Source of the DNA: an uncultured Pseudomonadota bacterium
Lineage (GTDB): Bacteria; Pseudomonadota; Alphaproteobacteria; Rs-D84
Reading direction: 5' to 3'
DNA: 51,290 bases
Assembly (NCBI GenBank): GCA_902771095.1
Contig: CACXVH010000002.1
Location: 1 to 51,290 of the forward strand
The position numbers and the translations under genes were made by a program. Under the pieces are notes generated by a model. That model did not search any database. It saw only the letters and a list, made by a program, of their open reading frames with translations, and had not been told where the DNA came from. Position 1 is the first letter of the stretch, and every line of letters begins with the position of its first letter. Positions 48,735-51,290 of the stretch are shown here, piece after piece.

Positions 48735-49784
48735 TTATCTTTGATATTGTTTCAACATTTTTTCTGTTTTTGCCAATTTTAAATCTTCGGCGACCATTTC
48801 TTGTGCCAAAGTTTTCCAAGTATATGTTGGTTTCCAGCCCAATTGAGTTCTTGCCTTTGTTGAATCACCTAATAACAAATCAACTTCGGCTGGACGGAAG
48901 AATTGTGGGTCAACAGCGATAACAGTTTTACCAGTTTTTTTATCAACGGCCTTTTCATCAACACCTTTGCCAGACCATTCTAAATCAAATCCGGCTTCTT
49001 TAAAAGCAACCTTCACAAAATCACGAATAGATGTAGTCACACCAGTAGCCAAAACATAATCTGATGGTTTTTCTGCTTGTAATATACGCCACATACCTTC
49101 AACATAATCTTTGGCATGACCCCAATCGCGTTTAGAATCCATATTACCGAGATACAAACAATCTTGAAGACCTTCTTTAATTCTGGCTGCTGCTAATGTA
49201 ATTTTGCGTGTCACAAAATTATCACCGCGTCTTGGACTTTCGTGATTAAACAAAATACCATTACATGCAAACATATTATAAGATTCACGATAATTCACAG
49301 TTATCCAATAACCGTATAACTTAGCCACACCATACGGAGAACGCGGATAAAACGGTGTTTTTTCTGATTGGATTGGTTCTTGGATTAAACCAAACAATTC
49401 AGATGTAGATGCCTGATAAAATCTTGTTTTTTTACCAAGTCCATTTGTATGAATTGCTTCTAATAATCTTAACACACCAATCGCGTCAGATTCCGCAGTA
49501 AATTCTGGACAATCCCACGATATTTTAACATGTGATTGTGCAGCCAAATTATAAACTTCATCTGGTTGCAAACTGCGAACAAGATTATTTAAATTTGTAG
49601 AATCTGTCATATCACCATAGTGCAAATTAACCTTATTTGCGATATGGTCTATGCGTTCAGTATTAGGAACAGACGAACGACGAATAATACCATGAACATC
49701 ATAACCTTTATCCAACAATAATTCTGCCAGATAAGAACCATCTTGTCCTGTAATACCTGTAATCAAAGCAATTTTTTTTGTCAT
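48735..49784 (-). CDS. gmd: GDP-mannose 4,6-dehydratase
   Basis: [38 protein letters not shown]. Confidence 0.96.
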   Translation of the reverse strand: MTKKIALITGITGQDGSYLAELLLDKGYDVHGIIRRSSVPNTERIDHIANKVNLHYGDMTDSTNLNNLVRSLQPDEVYNLAAQSHVKISWDCPEFTAESDAIGVLRLLEAIHTNGLGKKTRFYQASTSELFGLIQEPIQSEKTPFYPRSPYGVAKLYGYWITVNYRESYNMFACNGILFNHESPRRGDNFVTRKITLAAARIKEGLQDCLYLGNMDSKRDWGHAKDYVEGMWRILQAEKPSDYVLATGVTTSIRDFVKVAFKEAGFDLEWSGKGVDEKAVDKKTGKTVIAVDPQFFRPAEVDLLLGDSTKARTQLGWKPTYTWKTLAQEMVAEDLKLAKTEKMLKQYQR

Positions 49785-49795
49785 TATTTCACCTT

Positions 49796-50230
49796 TTATT
49801 TTTCTTTATATTTTTGTAAAATCCAAGACGATGAATTTGCCTTATTTTCACCACCGACACCAAAAACAATACCAACATTACATTCTCTACATGTCGGCAT
49901 TTCTGGTATATTATCTTTTGTTCTGTCGCCACCATTTGCGAAAACTAATTCATCATTTGGATATTTTTTACGCGCTTTTCTGATTCCATCACAAGCGCTA
50001 TTATCAGAATCATCAAAAGCAATTACATCAATAACACCCTTGATATTTTGCAATATAACACGACGCGTATTAAAAGCATAGAAATTCTTACCTTTCTTTC
50101 TGCAAAGCCAATCATCAGAATTAGCCAAAACAATAACCCCATCAGATTGTTTTACAGAAGCGACTATCATCGCAATATGTCCTTCGTGAATTGGGTCAAA
50201 ACCACCAGAAACTATGTAATATTTTGCCAT
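49796..50230 (-). CDS. Cytidylyl/adenylyltransferase-like (HIGH) protein
   Basis: [23 protein letters not shown]. Confidence 0.85.
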   Translation of the reverse strand: MAKYYIVSGGFDPIHEGHIAMIVASVKQSDGVIVLANSDDWLCRKKGKNFYAFNTRRVILQNIKGVIDVIAFDDSDNSACDGIRKARKKYPNDELVFANGGDRTKDNIPEMPTCRECNVGIVFGVGGENKANSSSWILQKYKEK

Positions 50231-50231
50231 T

Positions 50232-51290
50232 TTATTTATCCCTTTTCATTGTATCTATTATAATATCAACGGTTTTTTCCCAAGAAAATTCTTTACTTCT
50301 TTCAAGACCTTTCTTTGCCATTTCGTCACGATATTTTTTATCCATATAATATTTTTCATATGCAGCGATATGTTGTTCATCACTGTCCCAATCTATCATA
50401 ATTCCTGCATCACCAACAACCTCGGGTAACGAAGAATTATTTGATGTAATTACTGGGCAACCGCATTTCATTGCTTCTAATGGCGGAAGACCAAAACCTT
50501 CGTATTGACTTGTATAAACAAACCATTCAGCGCCAGAATATAATGCCGCCAAATCTTCATCATCTATATAACCTGCACGAATAATTTTATCTTTATATTT
50601 CCCAAGGTCTTTGATTTCTTTTTCTAATTTAATAATAAATTTATCCCAATGCGCACCACCAAGAACAAATACCATATCATCAATTTTATTTTTTTTGATA
50701 AATTCTATAAATGTTTTGACAGCGCGAATTAAATTTTTACGCGGTTCAAGTGTGCAAAGAGAAAACACATATTTTTTATCAGTCGGGATATTATATTTTT
50801 TACAAACTTGTTTTATTTTATTTTTATCTTTTTCTTGATAAAAATTATCACTTGCCGCCAATGGCATAATAGTTATATCATCTGAATTCATATTTAATAA
50901 TCTAACAAAATCATTTTTACAAGATTGCGATATAGCAAAATATTTACAATTCGGCTTTGATTTTATATATTCAACCAAAATATTAAACCAATTACTTTTT
51001 GAATATGAGTTATAACCAGAAATTAATAAAGGTATAGTATCATACAAAATAATATACTTATCATTTGCTTGTATTTTTTTAGAAAAAGCATCACATGGTG
51101 AAAAAGCAATATCAAATTTAGGTAATTTTGACACTTTTCCAATAAATTTTAATGGCTTCCTTATAAATATATTTAACAATAATTTTAAAATATTATGACG
51201 GGATTCCCTTAATTTCAAATCTAATTTTTGTAATTTTTTTAATTTTCCCCCATATCTATTACCAAAATATATTTCTATATTGTTACCAAA
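50232..51290 (-). CDS. GT4-family glycosyltransferase, 5' end outside the window
   Basis: [20 protein letters not shown]; frame open to the window edge. Confidence 0.9.
   Translation of the reverse strand, partial: FGNNIEIYFGNRYGGKLKKLQKLDLKLRESRHNILKLLLNIFIRKPLKFIGKVSKLPKFDIAFSPCDAFSKKIQANDKYIILYDTIPLLISGYNSYSKSNWFNILVEYIKSKPNCKYFAISQSCKNDFVRLLNMNSDDITIMPLAASDNFYQEKDKNKIKQVCKKYNIPTDKKYVFSLCTLEPRKNLIRAVKTFIEFIKKNKIDDMVFVLGGAHWDKFIIKLEKEIKDLGKYKDKIIRAGYIDDEDLAALYSGAEWFVYTSQYEGFGLPPLEAMKCGCPVITSNNSSLPEVVGDAGIMIDWDSDEQHIAAYEKYYMDKKYRDEMAKKGLERSKEFSWEKTVDIIIDTMKRDK

Overview
Low-GC chromosomal segment. AddB, LpxC/LpxK/DUF374, the GyrB and AspS types and the tRNA-Met sequences point to an Alphaproteobacterium; a small-genome gut-type lineage such as Rs-D84 is a guess. 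It is mostly housekeeping: tandem acyl-CoA ligases, xth, addB, engB, rsmI, lolDE, ftsQ, tsaE, uvrB, aspS, ung, gyrB and lipid A genes. It also has a type IVb-like pilus gene block, the end of a GDP-sugar/glycosyltransferase locus and five tRNA genes. The unusual signals are mostly non-coding and centred on tRNAs. (1) Four elements copy the neighbouring tRNA's 3' end but split its T-loop with a shared, covarying structured core. (2) Three integrase-less islets sit at tRNA-Tyr and tRNA-Thr 3' ends, each ending in a short orphan coding tail. (3) A very compact T-box-like leader with a GAC/AAC loop lies upstream of aspS. (4) An unassigned ~215-nt structured RNA has terminator/antiterminator logic. 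(5) FtsA is fused to Rpe with a slippery A8 tract at the junction. All calls come from reading the sequence by eye; no searches were run.
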